Shown piece after piece: positions 62,674 to 64,000 of a DNA stretch of 64,000 nucleotides. The notes beneath the pieces were generated by a model. It was not told the DNA's origin. It saw only the letters and a list, made by a program, of their open reading frames with translations, and did no database searches. Within the stretch, counting starts at the first letter, position 1. Every line of letters begins with the position of its first letter. The position numbers and the translations under genes are program-made. The DNA lies in contig JBHGNT010000001.1 of assembly GCA_043228905.1 (NCBI GenBank), positions 12,214,001 through 12,278,000 of the forward strand, written 5' to 3'. The stretch is from Azolla caroliniana. Taxonomy: Eukaryota > Plantae > Polypodiophyta.

Positions 62674-62996
62674 GTGTCCTGATGTGGCATGTCTAGTGCC
62701 AGAAAAAGTCAAAAATTGAGGATCCACACACATTTCATGAATACTTGTAAAAATGTAAATAAATCAGTAATAAATAAATGTAGGTCACAATGGCATTGAG
62801 TGCATGTAGAGGGTTGCAAGTAGGATTTGAACTTTGCACCTCTAAGATAAGAGGCAATTACCTTACCACTAAAGCTACTAATAAGTTTTTAGATTTTCTA
62901 TATTTCTTTTTCATATTCAGTATTCCATAGGAAACAAACGTACAAAACCGTATACACAAAACCATGGTTTTTTGCATGTCACGAAGCAAAACTGTG

Positions 62997-63060
62997 TGCA
63001 CAGAAACCATGGCTCCAAGCTAATGGTTTTGTGCATGGACAAACCTATAAAACCCCTAGT
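62997..63060 (+). mobile_element. Possible Helitron-like 3' terminus
   Basis: Hairpin TGCACAGAAACCAT/ATGGTTTTGTGCA (62997-63035) followed 20 nt later by CTAG|T (63056-63060); no 5' end or Rep/Hel sequence seen. Confidence 0.35.
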
Positions 63061-63279
63061 ACGGCTTGTGTAAAGGGGGGGGCTCAATATGTGATATTAT
63101 CATCATCACTATCACCATCAATATAATAATCTTCTTCTTATTATTCTTGTTTATCTTCTTCTTGAGTGTAAAAATTTCGGATCTTCTCAAGTGTAGTGCT
63201 CATTGTTTCCCCAAATCTTACATTCACATCGTCCTCTTCTCAATAACTCCCTGGTCCAAGACCCCAGTGGTCCCGTTCA

Positions 63280-64000
63280 TGTGAAGCACGCACGCACGCG
63301 CATCTTCGCGACATCTCTTGGTGAACCTTACATGAAGAGCGACAGGGGAGGATGAAGATGGACGAGGAATATCTCATGAAGGCAATGTCAAAGATGATGA
63401 TGGAATTTTCGAGAAAAGGTAAACGACGAGATGCGGCCCAACAAGCTGTCGAAAGCATGGTCAAGCGAGTTGGCTATTTCAACGGGGGCATAGTCCAAAA
63501 TTTTCTAGACACCTACAATGCCATGGCGGGCCATTGGATATGATAATCCACTATTGCCTTTGCCAAGTGAAGATTATCGCAAATATGATAATACCGAGAT
63601 GGATTCGAGAGGTGTAAAAGAAGCTATGAGGCTGGAGTACTTTTGTTGGGTGGTGGCTGAACCGAACTACAAAGAGGTAAAAGAGCTTCAAGAAGCTCAT
63701 GATTTGTGGGTGACTTTCAAGGAGGCTCTATTGGAGGCATATGGCTACGAGAGACCGAAGGGACAAATTTTGTACAAGTCGAACAATGGGTGTCATCGAT
63801 GAAGACCCACTAGAGTGCCATGGATGCGTTCGTTGAGTTTCAGTGTCGCTTTGCTCAACTCTTAGAGAGGGATCAAAGATTGGTAGGGGTGAATAAAGTT
63901 CTACTATTTGTAAATTCAATCAATCGGAATGAAAGGAAGGCCATTGGAATCCAACTCGAGGATGACGATGGTGCAAATGGCCTCATCGAGGATTGGGCCA
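63280..64000 (+). mobile_element. 5' part of a degenerate gypsy element K (D/J-related): LTR end, PBS, gag
   Basis: ..CGCGACA at 63307-63313; PBS TGGTGAACCTTACATGAA; gag KRVGYFNG..KVLLFVNSI..AIGIQLEDDDGANGLIEDW; runs off the window end. Confidence 0.85.

Overview
Eukaryotic plant DNA, most consistent with a non-seed land plant (inferred from the LTR-retrotransposon lineages present). Bases 1-7386 hold the 5' eight coding exons of a minus-strand TruA/Pus1-family tRNA pseudouridine synthase. The other ~56 kb is a transposon island: a decayed LINE, five Ty1/copia elements, six Ty3/gypsy elements, two solo LTRs and tandem arrays. It includes a six-level nest (copia E > copia F > copia G > gypsy H > chromovirus I > near-intact gypsy J) that can be read from LTR ends and target-site duplications (TSDs). 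The most unusual item (~9700-11675, minus) is a five-exon, pseudogenised, bacterial-type beta-class DNA amino-methyltransferase (DIPY ... NPY[Q]KP ... DLFSxTGST) with a ParB-like N-terminal region; the ORF track shows only fragments of it. Other oddities: gypsy H has an inverted tRNA-primer-like site where its polypurine tract (PPT) should be; gypsy J has a GGAUUUU -1 frameshift after its protease; and chromovirus I has a tRNA-like Pol III box pair in its LTR plus a self-priming primer-binding site (PBS). All calls come from manual reading and translation; no database searches were run.
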